This document shows, piece by piece, positions 63,601 to 64,000 of a stretch of 64,000 nucleotides of DNA. Source of the DNA: Takakia lepidozioides (lineage: Eukaryota > Plantae > Bryophyta); the NCBI GenBank assembly GCA_030704615.1, contig CM060732.1, forward strand, positions 21,638,001 to 21,702,000, in the 5' to 3' direction. Every line of letters begins with the position of its first letter. The first letter of the stretch is position 1. Under the pieces are notes generated by a model. It worked only from the letters and a program-made list of their open reading frames with translations, did no database searches and was not told the DNA's origin. A program made the translations under genes and the position numbers.

Positions 63601-64000
63601 TAACCATGTCACAGACAAGCCTCTTACCTAACTTTGGTTCGATATTGAATGCTGCAAACCTTAAAACTGTAGTTACCAGCTGGCGAACAAATTTCCGTAG
63701 TCCACTAATTTCCATAGGTGTGGGCAGAAAAGTACTTTAAGGTAGCAGTGATCCCGACTTTCCAGTAAGACTAAACATATAACACAACAAACCCTGGACT
63801 TAGCATTGGCTGTCCAATGACGAGGCTTTGAGGCTTTGAGGCTTCTGGCAGAATTTGGGATACGAAAGAAATGTCATTTCAGTTAGTGGAGGTTTGATTC
63901 TGTGATATTAGCTCTTAAATCAGAGTGCAGATGACAGTGCCCTCAATGTCTTTCTGTGTACACTTTTGAAAACTAGCATCTGTCAGATCTGATGACTACG

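Overview
Eukaryotic land-plant genomic DNA (spliced genes with short GT-AG introns; the transposon repertoire suggests a seed-free plant such as a bryophyte, but that is inference). Three intact-looking host genes lie on the minus strand: 60S ribosomal protein L21 (2 exons, 164 aa), a GDS...DxxH SGNH/PC-esterase-like type II membrane protein (6 exons, 603 aa) and a UDP-rhamnose/UDP-galactose transporter-like gene (6 exons, 347 aa). The rest is mostly nested, decayed transposons. Two elements stand out. (1) 1-8152 is the right part of a Mutator-like DNA transposon: a GCM-like/DDE/SWIM transposase on + is paired head-to-head with a multi-exon accessory gene on - that encodes a ParB/Srx-like 'WDGNHR' domain. 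That gene's introns hold an 84-bp-phased array of a 22-bp palindrome (AACCTTGCGT-NN-ACGCAAGGTT), resembling a ParB/parS-like or VANC-like protein-plus-site system. (2) ~40889-46340 is a 5'-truncated Dualen/RandI-like non-LTR retrotransposon with the order RT - chromodomain-like - PCIF1-like (NPP) N6-adenine methyltransferase-like - RNase H - CCHC/restriction-like endonuclease, ending at a (TC)22 tract. Also present: an L1-like LINE, Copia, CACTA and LINE remnants, a hAT MITE with TSD inserted at an LTR/PBS junction, a 1020-bp tandem duplication with an inverted partial copy, and two oppositely oriented copies of a Ty3/Gypsy element, one with a long extra 3' ORF. All domain calls are motif recognition by eye; no searches were run.
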